Of a DNA stretch of 64,000 bases, positions 35,279-45,826 are shown in pieces. Position numbers and translations under genes: made by a program. A model generated the notes under the pieces. That model saw only the letters and a list, made by a program, of their open reading frames with translations, was not told where the DNA came from and did not search any database. The DNA comes from Vicinamibacterales bacterium (GTDB lineage Bacteria; Acidobacteriota; Vicinamibacteria; Vicinamibacterales; UBA8438): contig CBDATI010000063.1 in the NCBI GenBank assembly GCA_965199675.1, positions 1,044 through 65,043 of the forward strand. The letters are read 5' to 3'. Numbering within the stretch: the first letter of the stretch is position 1; each line of letters starts with the position of its first letter.

Positions 35279-38200
35279 ATGAGGAAGACGCGTCGCGTTC
35301 CCCGGACCGCCGTCCTTGTCGCCAGCCTGGGGCTGGCTGCGTTCGCGATGGTGCGCGCCCAGCCGATGCGCGACGCCGGCTTCCGCGAGGCGGTTGCCGG
35401 CCGTCTCGCGCCGGCGGGCCTGCCGGCGGGGCGGGGGGCGGTCGGAGGGCGCGCGGTGGACGGAGACGTGGGCCATCCGACGTTCATGAGTCCGCACGCC
35501 GCGCCCATCGCGGTGAGCGGCGGCCGCGTCTTCGTCGCCAACACCCCCGCCGACACCGTCGATGTCATCGACGCGGCGACCCTCGCCGTCGTCGCGCGGG
35601 TCACTGTGGGCATCGACCCCGTGGGCATCGCGGTTCGGCCCGACGGGCGGGAGGTGTGGGTCGCGAACCACGTCTCCGATTCGGTCAGCGTGATCGACAG
35701 CGACCCTGCGAGTCCCACCCACCTGCAGGTGGTCGGCACCGTGCAGAGCCTCGGCTTCGTGAGCCGGGCGACCGAGTTCGACGAGCCGGTGGGCGTCGCC
35801 TTCGCCAGCGACGCCAAGGCCTACGTGACCCTGTCGTCAGAGAACCGGGTCGCGGCGATCGACGTGGCGACCCGGGAGGTGGCCGGGTTCCTGCCCATCA
35901 GCGCGCAGGACCCGCGCGCCCTCGCCGTGCGCGGCGACCGGCTCTACGTCGTTCCCTTCGAGTCCAACAACCAGACGCAGATCTCCGGCTGCCGGGGCGA
36001 GATCGACGGCGACCTCTGCACCTTCGACGCGCAGGTGCACGTGGTCGACAACAACAACGTGCTGTCGCTGGGCATCGACGTGGACATCGTCCGTCACCCC
36101 GGCGTTCCCGACCGCGACCTGTTCGTCTTCGACACCGCGACCGACGAGCTCGTCGAGGTCGTCGACACCGTGGGCACCCTGCTCTACGGGCTCGCCGTCG
36201 ACTCGGCGGGGCGCGTCTTCATCGCGCAGGCGGAAGCGCGCAACGACGCCAACGGGCGGGCGGGCACCTTGAAGCACGGCCTCGCGGAGATGGAGAACCG
36301 CGCGTTCCTGAACCGGATCACGCGCGTCGACTGCAGCGGAGGAGCGTGCGGCGAACCGGAGTTCATCGAGCTCGAGCCGCTGCCGCCGGCGCATCCCGCT
36401 CCCGGCGCGGCCCTCGCCACCCCGTTCGCGATCGAGGTGAGCGGCGACGACTCGATCCTGGTGGCTTCCGCCGCGGGGTCGGACACGGTCTTCACCGTCG
36501 ACGCCGCCAGTGGGGCGGTGTTGGGGCGCGCAGCGGTCGGCGCGGTCCCGCGCGGGATAGCTCTCGAGTCGGACGGCGACGGCCGGCCGTGGCGGGCCTG
36601 GGTCCTCAACGCGGTCGCCAACACCGTGTCTCTCGTCGACGTCAGCGATCCCGCCGCCCCCCGCGCCACCGCCACCGTTACCCTCGAAGACCCCACCGAT
36701 CCCGCCGTCAAGCGCGGGCGCATCGCCTTCAACAACGCCGGCGCTTCCTCCACCGGCACCTTCTCGTGCGAGAGCTGTCACCCCGACGGCCACACCGATC
36801 AACTCGTCTGGGTGCTCGACACGCCGATCTGCGATCGGCGCGGGTGCACGCAGATTCCGCCCCGGTCGACGATGCCGGTCCGTGGCCTTCGCGATACCGC
36901 GCCCTATCACTGGGACGGCATCCCCGGCGACCCCTACGGCGGCAACAACACCGCCAACATCCGGGGCAGCGCGCCGCCCAACTGCCGCGTCGGCGACGAG
37001 GCGAGCTGCGTCCGCGATCTCGTCGACCGCACCCTCGCCTCGACCATGTGCCTGGTGGGCGACTGCCCCGTCAACGACGAGGGCAAGCCCGGCGCGCTCT
37101 CCGGGGCCGAGCGCGACGACCTCGCGACGTTCCTGCTGAGCGTGCCCTATCCGCCGTCGCAGCGGCGCGCCTACGACAACGTCCTGTCGCAACAGGCGGT
37201 GCTGGGGTTCGAGGCGTTCCACATCGACGGAGTTCCCGACGGCGACGACGGCCGCATGAATGTCTGCGGCGACTGCCACCGCATGCCGTTCTGGGTCAGC
37301 ACGAACACGCCGGGCACCGGCATGGACGCGCCCACGTGGCGCGGCGCCTACGACCGCTGGCTCATCCTGCCGCAGGGCCGGTGGAACGTCATCGACCTCC
37401 GCGGCCGCTTCGACCGCGACAACGGGTTTCCCGAACGGAGCATGTGGGGCGCCACCATCCCCGCGCGGCGCACCTTCTGGAACATGGTGACCGAGGGCAG
37501 CACCGGCTTCTCGGGGTCCTTCGCCCGGCAGATCACCCTCGACGCCGCCTCCGCCGGCCGCGCGCAGACCGACGACCTGCTCGACGCGCTGGAGCTGTCG
37601 GCGGCCGAAGGCGGCATCGTGCTCCGGGGCGAAGGCGTGCTCATCGACGAGGCGTCGTCGCCCCCCCGGGCGACGCCCGTGGCCTTGCAGTTCGACGACG
37701 GCGTCTACCGGGAGCGGGACGCGGAGACCGGGGGGGCGCCGTCGTTCAGCCGGCCGGAGCTGACGACGCTCGCCGCCGCCGGCCGCTTCGTGGGGACGTT
37801 CACGGGGCGTCTGGGTCCCGACGTGGGCGTCGACCACCCGCAGCCGGCCATCTGGAGCGTGGGGCCGATCCACGAGCAGCGCGGGCCGCAGGTGTTCCCC
37901 ACCATGTCCGGCACCGACGGCGCCATCGTCGTCAGCGGTCGGCACGTGCGGGAAGGCGCTCACGTCATCGTCGACGGCCGACGGACACCCGGCCGCGTGC
38001 GCTGCGAGAGCGGCGCGCTGCCCGACTGCGCGGGCGAGCGGCTCGTCGTCGAGCTCGTGGCGGGGCCGGGCATGCACTTCCTGCAGTTGCAGAACCCCGG
38101 CGGCCAATTCAGCAACGATTTCATCTTCTTTGGCCGCTCCGGCGGCCGACGCCCGCCGATCGTGCGTCCCGCCGGGGAGGCGCCGCTCCCCGCCGCTGCG

Positions 38201-39324
38201 TCCGATGCCGTCCGGCGTGCGAGCCCGGGCCGGCGGGCCGACGTCCCGGTCGCCGCTCCCCCCGCCGCCGGCCCCCCGCCGCCATCGGGCGAGGTCTTCA
38301 CCGCGGCCGACGGTACCGCCTTCCGGGCGGAGACGGTGATGGTCGGTCTGGACGCGCCGACGAGCCTCGACTTCGCGCCGGACGGGCGGCTGTTCGTGGC
38401 CGAACGGCGCGGGCGGGTCTGGGTGTTGGCGCCGGGACGGACCCGGCCGCAGGCGGCTCTTGCGGCGGTCGTCCCGGTGGTGGGGGAGCGGCCACGTCTG
38501 CTCGATCTGGCGCTCGACCCGGGTTCCCGGGCAACGGCTTCGTCTACCTGCTCCGAGCCGGCGGCGGGCCGGGCGAGAGGGCGGCTGGGCGCCTCGTGCG
38601 GTATCGTGCGGCGGGCAACATCCTGGCCGAGGCGGCGGTTCTGCTGGACGATCTGCCGGTTCCCGGCGTTGCGCCGGCGGGTCGGCTCCGCTTCGGCCCC
38701 GACGGCCTGCTCTATGCCGCGCTGGGCGCGAGCGACGCGGACGAGGCTCGGGATCTCGCCTCCTACGCCGGCAAGATGCTGCGCGTCCGCCCCGACGGCG
38801 CGGCGCCGGGGGCCAACCCGTTCGCGTCGCCGGTGTACTCGCTCGGCCATCGCCATCCGGGAGGATTCGACTGGCATCCGCTGACGGGGGTGCTCTGGGG
38901 GGCCGAGCCGGGCGGGACCGGGCCCGACGAGATCAACCGCATCGAAGCCGGGGTCGACTACGGTGGCTCGCCCGCGGAGGGCCTTCGCCCGCTGCCCGGG
39001 ATGCGCGGGCCGGTGCTGAGCCTCTCACCGTCCGTCACGCCCGCTGGCGCGTCCTTCTATACCGGGACCGCCATCGCGGGGTTCCGGAACGACCTGTTCG
39101 TGGCCGCCCTCGACGGCGCCCACCTCCTCCGGATCCGGTTCGATCCCGCCGACCCGGATCGGATCGTCGCGGCCGAGCGGTTGCTCGACGGCCGGTTCGG
39201 CCGGTTGCGCGACGTCGTGACGGGCCCGGACGGGAGCCTGTACGTCGCGACCAGCAATCGCGACGGCCAGGGGACGCCCGCCACCGGCGACGACCGCATC
39301 ATCCGGTTGACGGCGGTGCGTTGA
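35279..39324 (+). CDS. Roughly 1350-aa secreted fusion: YVTN-type beta-propeller + di-heme cytochrome c (peroxidase/MauG-like) + C-terminal PQQ sugar-dehydrogenase-like propeller; one frame disruption at ~38522
   Basis: ATG 35279 (MRKTRRVPRTAVLVASLGLAAFA). Propeller repeats (VFVANTPADTVDVIDAATLAVV..VWVANHVSDSVSVID). Heme motifs FSCESCHPDGHTDQLVW and VCGDCH. GSDH-like tail begins in frame 2 (LDFAPDGRLFVAERRGRVWVL..LLDLALDP) and continues in frame 1 from 38524 (FPGNGFVYL..YSLGHRHPGGFDWHP..DEINRIEAGVDYG..GPDGSLYVATSN..) to the stop at 39324. Confidence 0.75.
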
Positions 39325-39833
39325 CGGGAAACCGGCCTCACGCGGCCGTACGCTCGGCCGTCACCCTCGCGCGCCGCCCGAGGAGGTGCATTTCCTTCGC
39401 CGGCGCCGATGCCCGCCGGCATCCGCCGCAGGCGGACGCCTCGCCATTCTCGGCGCCACGCGGGTTTCACCACCGCTGCCTGGCCGGAGATTGTCGGCGG
39501 CGGCTCCGATTGCAGGCTGGCCCCACAACGCGCAGGCGAAGTCGATGCGTGCATCGCGGCCGCGGGAGAAGATGCGGCCCTCGAACGATCCCGCATGCGA
39601 GTCGGCTCCGTCCGCTGATCGCACTCGGCCGCGAGTCGCCCCGTGTCCGCCACTTGCTCAATCGACCCGCTCGGAAGTGGGCGCCGTTCCACCGTCTGGA
39701 CCGTCCGGACCGCTGCATCGACTATCATCGGTGGGTCGTCCGCGGCCTATCGACCAGGGCGCCCGGAACGGCCGGCGGTGATGCGGTTGCGGGGACGCGG
39801 CCGTGGCCGGCGGCGCGGCGTCGGGAGGTGATC

Positions 39834-41447
39834 ATGGATGCACGGCGTCTTCCGGTGCTCTTGCTCGCGCCGGCGCTCTTGCTCGCGCCGGTCCTGCTGG
39901 CCGCGCCTGCGGCCGCACAGGAGACGGACCGGTTCGATCTGGTCGTGCGCGGCGGACGGGTCGTCGACGGGACGGGGAACCCGTGGATTCGCGCCGACGT
40001 CGGCGTGCGCGGCGATCGTATAGCGCGTGTGGGCGATCTGGCCGACGCGGCGGCGGACCGGGTCGTCGAGGCGGCGGGGCTGGTGGTCGCGCCCGGCTTC
40101 ATCGATCCGCATACCCACGCCGTGCGCGGCATCTTCGACGTGCCGACCGCCGACAACTACCTGCTGCAGGGGGTCACCACCCTCACCGAGGGCAACGACG
40201 GCGCCTCGCCGTGGCCCATCGGCTCGCACCTGGAGCGGGTCGCCGCGACCGGCATCAGCCCCAACTGGGCGGTCTTCGCCGGCCAGGGCACGATTCGCCG
40301 CGAGGTGCTGGGAGCGGACGACCGCGAGCCGACGCGCGACGAGCTCGACCGCATGCGCGGGCTGGTCGCCGGGGCCATGGAGGCGGGCGCCCTGGGGCTC
40401 TCGACGGGGCTGTTCTACGTGCCCGGCAGCTTCACCCCGACCGAGGAGGTCGTCGCCCTGTCGGCGGTGGCGGCGCGGTACGGCGGCATCTACATCTCGC
40501 ACATGCGCGACGAGGCCCAGGGGCTGCTCGATTCGGTGCGCGAGACGATCCGGATCGGCGAGGAGGCGGGCATCCCGGTGCAGATGACCCACCACAAGGC
40601 GATCGGCCGCCCCGCGTGGGGGCGGAGCGCCGACAGCCTCGCCCTCGTCGACGCGGCGCGGGCGCGCGGCGTCGACATCACCATCGACCAGTATCCCTAC
40701 ACCGCGTCGCAGACCTCGATCACCGCGGTGGTCCCGCAATGGGCCCAGGAGGGCGGCACGGGGTCGCTCGTCGCGCGTCTCCGGGACCCCGAGACCCGAC
40801 GACGCATCCGCGAGGAGATCATCTACCGCATCGAGCACGACCGCGGGGGCGGCGACCCCGCGAACATCGTCATCGGGCTGTGCGCCTGGGACCGGTCACT
40901 CGAGGGCAAGAGCCTCGCCGACATCCTCGCCGACCGCGGCGTGGCGGTGACGGTGGCCGCCGGGGCCGACCTCGTGATGGAGATCATCGAGAACGGCGGC
41001 GCGCGGGCCGTCTACCACGCGATGGACGAGGCCGACGTCGAGCGCATCATGCGGCACCCGGCCACCGCCATCGGTTCGGACGGCGGCGTGTCGGTCTTCG
41101 GCGAGGGCGTGCCCCATCCGCGCGAGTACGGCACGTTCGCGCGCGTCCTGGGCCGCTACGTGCGAGAGCGGGGGGGGCTGACTCTCGAAGAGGCCGTGCG
41201 CAAGATGAGCGGTGCGACCGCCCAGCGCATCGGCCTGCGCGACCGCGGGCTCGTACGCGAGGGGTTCTTCGCCGACCTCGCGGTCTTCGACCCGGACCGC
41301 GTCATCGATCGCGCCACGTTTGCCGAGCCGCACCAGTACTCGGAAGGCGTCGAGGTCGTGGTGGTCAACGGCGTCGTCGTCGTCGACGGCGGCGAGCACA
41401 CCGGCGCGCGGCCCGGGCGTGTGCTCTACGGCCCGGGTCGTCGCTGA
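39834..41447 (+). CDS. Secreted N-acyl-D-amino-acid deacylase (D-aminoacylase, amidohydrolase superfamily)
   Basis: ATG 39834 follows GGGAGGTG. Signal peptide. FDLVVRGGRVVDGTGNPW, APGFIDPHTH, GIYISHMRDE, QMTHHKA, DQYPY, IGSDGG, ADLAVFDP. Confidence 0.9.
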   Translation: MDARRLPVLLLAPALLLAPVLLAAPAAAQETDRFDLVVRGGRVVDGTGNPWIRADVGVRGDRIARVGDLADAAADRVVEAAGLVVAPGFIDPHTHAVRGIFDVPTADNYLLQGVTTLTEGNDGASPWPIGSHLERVAATGISPNWAVFAGQGTIRREVLGADDREPTRDELDRMRGLVAGAMEAGALGLSTGLFYVPGSFTPTEEVVALSAVAARYGGIYISHMRDEAQGLLDSVRETIRIGEEAGIPVQMTHHKAIGRPAWGRSADSLALVDAARARGVDITIDQYPYTASQTSITAVVPQWAQEGGTGSLVARLRDPETRRRIREEIIYRIEHDRGGGDPANIVIGLCAWDRSLEGKSLADILADRGVAVTVAAGADLVMEIIENGGARAVYHAMDEADVERIMRHPATAIGSDGGVSVFGEGVPHPREYGTFARVLGRYVRERGGLTLEEAVRKMSGATAQRIGLRDRGLVREGFFADLAVFDPDRVIDRATFAEPHQYSEGVEVVVVNGVVVVDGGEHTGARPGRVLYGPGRR

Positions 41448-41689
41448 GGCCCGCCCGTCGGGGTCGGGCACTCCTCGACGACGCGGCCGGATTGCCCCGA
41501 CGTCCGTCGCGGGACGAGTGCTCCGCGTTGCCCCCGGCCTGCCCGACAGTCGAGCCGGAGGCCGCGCCGCACGAAATCGTACGCCCGATGAGACAGAGAG
41601 CGCGAGGGCACGAGAAGCGCGCTCGTCGGCGGCGCGCCCCGCGTCCCGCCGGGCTTGCCTTCGGCGGGCGCGACCATCAAGATGGGACG

Positions 41690-42889
41690 ATGACACGACA
41701 GACGGGACGTCTCAAGGGTTCGCGCGGGGGGGCCTCCGGTCTCGCTGAAGGGGCACGATGGGAGCGGCCCTCGCCGCCGACCGGGGCCTCGACAAGCCGG
41801 GCGGCGCCGGCGCTGTTCCTCGCCGCGGTCCTCGCCGCGACCTGCCTGGGCTCGGCGCCGGGAGCGCGCGCCCAGCCCGCGCTCGGGACGCCCCCGGTGG
41901 TCTGGGTGCTCGCGACGGGAGGGACGATCTCGGGCGGCGGTCAGTCGGCGACGAGCCTGACGCAGTACCGGTCGGGCGCGTTCTCGGGCGAGCAGCTCGT
42001 GGCGGCGGTGCCGGCCATCGCCGAGCACGCGACGGTGCGGGTCGAGCAGGTCACCAACATCGGCAGCCCCAACATCACCTTCGACGACTGGCTGACCCTG
42101 GCCCGCCGCATCGACGAGATCTTCTCGGGCGACCCCGCGGTGGCCGGAGTCGTCGTCACCCACGGCACCAACACCCTCGAAGAGACCGCCTACTTCCTCA
42201 ACCTGACGGTGCGGCACGACCGCCCCGTGGTCCTCGTCGGCGCCCAGCGGCCGGCCACCGCCATCAGCACCGACGGCCCCCTCAACCTGCTGAACGCGGT
42301 GCGCGCCGCCGCCTCTCCCGAGGCGCGGGGCAAGGGGGTGATGGTGGTGATGAACGACGAGATCAACGCCGCCCGCGACGTCACCAAGACCAGCACCTAC
42401 CGGGTGGAGACGTTCCGGTCACGAGACCTCGGGTTCCTCGGCTACGTCGACGGCGACCGGGTGAGTTTCTACCGTGCCCCGACGAAGCGGCACACCGCCG
42501 ACTCGGAGTTCGACCTCGCCGGGGTCGTCGGGTTCCCGACCGTCGATATCGTCTACTCGTACGTCGAGCCGAACCCGGTGTTGATCGAGACCCTGATCGA
42601 GGCCCGGGTCGACGGCATCGTGCTCGCGGGCACCGGCGCCGGCCTCGTCTCGCGCGTCGAGCGCGCCGCCCTCGACCGGATCGGGTCGCTGCCCGAGTCG
42701 GAGCGCCCCATTGTCGTCCGATCCAACCGGACCGGCAGCGGCCGCGTCGTGCCGCTCCCCGGCTACGAGGCGCGGGGCATGATTGCCGGCGACACCCTCA
42801 ACCCGCAGAAGGCGCGCATCCTGCTGATGCTCGCCCTCACGAAGACCCGCGACATCGAAGAGATCAGGCGCATCTTCCGGGATTACTGA
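41690..42889 (+). CDS. ansB: Periplasmic type II L-asparaginase
   Basis: VLATGGTISG and THGTNTLEETAYFL asparaginase signatures, with a signal-like segment ..ALFLAAVLAATCLGSAPGARAQ. ATG 41690 is the only in-frame ATG, so the N-terminus is uncertain. Confidence 0.85.
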   Translation: MTRQTGRLKGSRGGASGLAEGARWERPSPPTGASTSRAAPALFLAAVLAATCLGSAPGARAQPALGTPPVVWVLATGGTISGGGQSATSLTQYRSGAFSGEQLVAAVPAIAEHATVRVEQVTNIGSPNITFDDWLTLARRIDEIFSGDPAVAGVVVTHGTNTLEETAYFLNLTVRHDRPVVLVGAQRPATAISTDGPLNLLNAVRAAASPEARGKGVMVVMNDEINAARDVTKTSTYRVETFRSRDLGFLGYVDGDRVSFYRAPTKRHTADSEFDLAGVVGFPTVDIVYSYVEPNPVLIETLIEARVDGIVLAGTGAGLVSRVERAALDRIGSLPESERPIVVRSNRTGSGRVVPLPGYEARGMIAGDTLNPQKARILLMLALTKTRDIEEIRRIFRDY

Positions 42890-43151
42890 TGCGCCGGCCC
42901 CGCGTTCCGGGCGGTCGGGCTCGACGCGGGCCCTGCGCCCACGTACCCGGATGGGCTCGTCGCCGACGATGCCCCATCACGGCCCCGCGCAACTCGGGGT
43001 CGATGACCGTCCGGACGGCAAACTCCCGCGCGACCGTTGGGCGTCGGAAGGCAGGCTGCAGTCGCAAGGAAGTGAACGCTGCCGGATTGGGGCGTGGTTG
43101 GGGGCGCAAGGTGGTGTGAGCCGGTCCCGAGTCGACGGCGCTCCGCGCGTC

Positions 43152-43185
43152 GGCCCCGACCCGCCGCGTCGGCCGGGTCGGGGCC
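43152..43185. terminator. Strong GC hairpin between the convergent ansB and katG genes
   Basis: GGCCCCGACCCG..(10-nt loop)..CGGGTCGGGGCC, a 12-bp perfect stem followed by TTGTC on the + strand. Lies 23 nt beyond the katG stop. Confidence 0.5.
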
Positions 43186-43207
43186 TTGTCGGGTGCGCTG
43201 GTCCGAC

Positions 43208-45433
43208 TCAGTCGAGCAGATCGAAGCGGTCGAGTGTCATCACCTTCGTCCAGGCCCGGACGAAGTCGTGCACGAACTTCTCCCCGCCGTCGTCGGCCGC
43301 ATAGACCTCGGCCACCGCGCGCAGCTCGGAGTTCGAGCCGAAGATCAGGTCGACCGGCGTGGCCGTCCATTTCAGCTCGCCCGAGGCTCGATCGCGGCCT
43401 TCGTAGAGGCCCTCGGTGGACGACGGCGTCCACGCCGTCGACATGTCCATGAGGTTGACGAAGAAGTCGTTGCTCAGGGCGCCGGGGCGGTCCGTGAACA
43501 CGCCGTGGGCAGAGCCGGCGGCGTTGGCGTCGAGGGCCCGCATGCCGCCCACGAGCACCGTCATCTCGGGGACGGTCAGGTTCAGGAACGCCGCCTTCTC
43601 GACCAGCATCTCCGCCGGCGACCGGGCCGCGCCGACGGCGAAGAAGTTGCGGAACCCGTCGGCGGCCGGCTCGAGCAGGGCGAACGAGTCTGCGTCTGTC
43701 TGTTTCTGCGAGGCGTCGGTTCGGCCGGCCGCGAAGGGCACGTCCACCTCGACGCCGGCCGTCTCCGCCGCCTGCTCGATGGCGGCGGCGCCGCCGAGGA
43801 CGACGAGGTCGGCCAGCGAGACCCGCTTGCCGCCCGACTGTGCGCCGTCGAAGTCGCTCCGGATGCCCTCCAGGGTGTCGAGGACGCGGCTCAGCTCGGC
43901 CGGGTCGTTGGCGGCCCAGTCTCGCTGTGGCGCGAGGCGAATGCGCCCTCCGTTGGCGCCGCCGCGCATGTCGGTCCCCCGGAACGTGGAGGCCGAGGCC
44001 CAGGCGGCCCGGATCAGTTCGGCCGTCGACAGTCCGGAATCCAGGATGCGGGCCTTCAGCGCGGCCGCGTCCCCGGCGTCGATCAGGGCGTGGTCAACTT
44101 CGGGAACCGGGTCCTGCCACACGAACTCCTGGTCGGGGGCCAAGTCGCCGAGGTAGCGCGAGGTCGGCCCGAGGTCGCGGTGGGTCAGCTTGAACCAGGC
44201 GCGGGCGAAGGCGTCCTCGAACTCTTCGGGGTTGTCGAGCCAGCGCGAGGTGATCTCGCGATAGGCGGGGTCGACCTTCAGCGCGAGGTCGGTGGTGAGC
44301 ATCATCGGCGCATGGCGCACCGACGCATCGTGCGCGTCGGGCACGAGGTCCGACGCGGCGCCGTCGGCCGGCTCCCACTGGATGGCGCCGGCGGGGCTCC
44401 GGGTCTGCACCCACTCGTAGCCGTAGAGGTTCTCCAGGAAGTTGTGGGTCCAGGCCGCGGGGTTCATGGTCCACGCCCCCTCCAGACCGCTCGTGATGGT
44501 GTCGGCGCCGTGGCCGGCCCCGTAGCTGTTCTTCCAGCCGAATCCCTGCGCCTCGATGTCGCCGCCCTCCAGCTCCACGCCGACGTACTGCGCGGGGTCG
44601 GCGGCGCCGTGGGCCTTGCCGAACGTATGGCCGCCGGCAATCAGCGCGACCGTCTCCTCGTCGTTCATCGCCATGCGTCCGAAGGCCTCGCGGATGGCGT
44701 GGGCCGCCGCCTGCGGATCGGGGTTGCCGCCCGGTCCCTGGGGATTCACGTAGATCAGGCCCATCTGGGTGGCGCCGAAGGGATGACGCAGCGCGCCGTC
44801 CTCGCCGCGGCGGTCGAACGCGAGCCACTCACCCTCGGGCCCCCAGTTGACGTCCTCGGGCCGCCAGGCGTCGGTGCGGCCGCCGGCGAAGCCCAGGGTC
44901 TCGAAGCCCATCGACTCCATGGCGACGGTGCCCGCGAGAATCAGCAGGTCGGCCCAGGACATGCTGCGGCCGTACTTCTGCTTGAGGGGCCAGAGCAGCC
45001 GCGTCGCCTTCTCCAGGTTGCCGTTGTCGGGCCAACTGTTGAGGGGCGCGAGGCGCTGCAACCCGCCGTCGGCGCCGCCCCGGCCGTCGAGGGTCCGGTA
45101 GGTGCCGGCGCTGTGCCACGCCATGCGGATGAAGAAAGGCCCGTAGTGCCCGTAGTCGGCCGGCCACCAGTCCTGGGAGGTCGTCATGAGCGCCGCCAGA
45201 TCGGCCTTCACCGCGTCGAGGTCGAGGCTCTCGAACGCCTCGCGGTAGTCGAAGTCCTCGCCGAGGGGACTCGACCCGGGAGAGGCCTGGCGCAGCGGCT
45301 CGAGGCTCAGCCGGTCGGGCCACCAGTAGTCGTTGTCCGGCGACCGGTCCTGGGCGCCGGCGGGGACGGCCGGCAGGACGAGAGAGAGGGCGAGTGTCGC
45401 CAGGGCAACCGAGGATATCGTTCTCCTGAGCAT
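43208..45433 (-). CDS. katG: Catalase-peroxidase KatG with an N-terminal signal peptide
   Basis: 741-aa [45 protein letters not shown] and a duplicated peroxidase fold. N-terminus [28 protein letters not shown]. Confidence 0.95.
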   Translation of the reverse strand: MLRRTISSVALATLALSLVLPAVPAGAQDRSPDNDYWWPDRLSLEPLRQASPGSSPLGEDFDYREAFESLDLDAVKADLAALMTTSQDWWPADYGHYGPFFIRMAWHSAGTYRTLDGRGGADGGLQRLAPLNSWPDNGNLEKATRLLWPLKQKYGRSMSWADLLILAGTVAMESMGFETLGFAGGRTDAWRPEDVNWGPEGEWLAFDRRGEDGALRHPFGATQMGLIYVNPQGPGGNPDPQAAAHAIREAFGRMAMNDEETVALIAGGHTFGKAHGAADPAQYVGVELEGGDIEAQGFGWKNSYGAGHGADTITSGLEGAWTMNPAAWTHNFLENLYGYEWVQTRSPAGAIQWEPADGAASDLVPDAHDASVRHAPMMLTTDLALKVDPAYREITSRWLDNPEEFEDAFARAWFKLTHRDLGPTSRYLGDLAPDQEFVWQDPVPEVDHALIDAGDAAALKARILDSGLSTAELIRAAWASASTFRGTDMRGGANGGRIRLAPQRDWAANDPAELSRVLDTLEGIRSDFDGAQSGGKRVSLADLVVLGGAAAIEQAAETAGVEVDVPFAAGRTDASQKQTDADSFALLEPAADGFRNFFAVGAARSPAEMLVEKAAFLNLTVPEMTVLVGGMRALDANAAGSAHGVFTDRPGALSNDFFVNLMDMSTAWTPSSTEGLYEGRDRASGELKWTATPVDLIFGSNSELRAVAEVYAADDGGEKFVHDFVRAWTKVMTLDRFDLLD

Positions 45434-45630
45434 TCCAAGTAGTCTCCGTGGGTGAGAGGATTCCGAGCATCAGCCAAACCGTTCCACGTTATCAGCCGGT
45501 GGAGCGGGCACGCAAGGCCCGCGCGGGGCCTGGACCGCGAGGCGCCGCGGGGCAGCCGCGCACCGCGGACAACGTGATTCGTGTGAGACGGGGGTTCGTC
45601 TCCGGGGCGGTTGCCATCCTCACTCTCGCA

Positions 45631-45727
45631 GGCTGCGAGACCGGCCGTTTGGCGGCTCTGCGTCCACCCCTCGGCGCGGTCGATGCCGGCATCCGATGGG
45701 GACGGGCGGGCTGCGAGACCGGCCGTT
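45631..45727 (+). repeat. 19-nt perfect direct repeat (45631-45649 and 45709-45727)
   Basis: GGCTGCGAGACCGGCCGTT occurs twice, 78 nt apart, in the katG / HAD-hydrolase intergenic region. Confidence 0.8.
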
Positions 45728-45826
45728 GACGGGGGGTGTGAGATCGGGTGGCGGCGAACGCCGTGGACAGCAACGCCGGTCAAGAGATACGCTGAAGCGG
45801 TTGACGCAGGGGCAGGAGGGGTTTCG

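Noticed and set aside
35128-39324. 1398-aa ORF in frame 1 spanning the whole fusion gene
   Set aside because: Only its last ~266 codons (from 38524) carry recognisable PQQ sugar-dehydrogenase sequence. The upstream part is an Arg/Pro/Gly-rich out-of-frame shadow of the real frame-2 gene that starts at 35279.
39325-39833. 510-bp gap between the fusion gene and the D-aminoacylase gene; ORFs 39361..39624(-), 39386..39781(+) and 39467..39718(-)
   Set aside because: All are Arg/Pro-rich without motifs, RBS or hydrophobic structure. I could not identify an RNA gene or repeat either. Left unannotated.
38460-42889. ORF-track versions of the D-aminoacylase (995 aa) and asparaginase (1028 aa) genes
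   Set aside because: The long N-terminal extensions are low-complexity read-through. Sensible ATG/RBS/signal-peptide starts are at 39834 and 41690.
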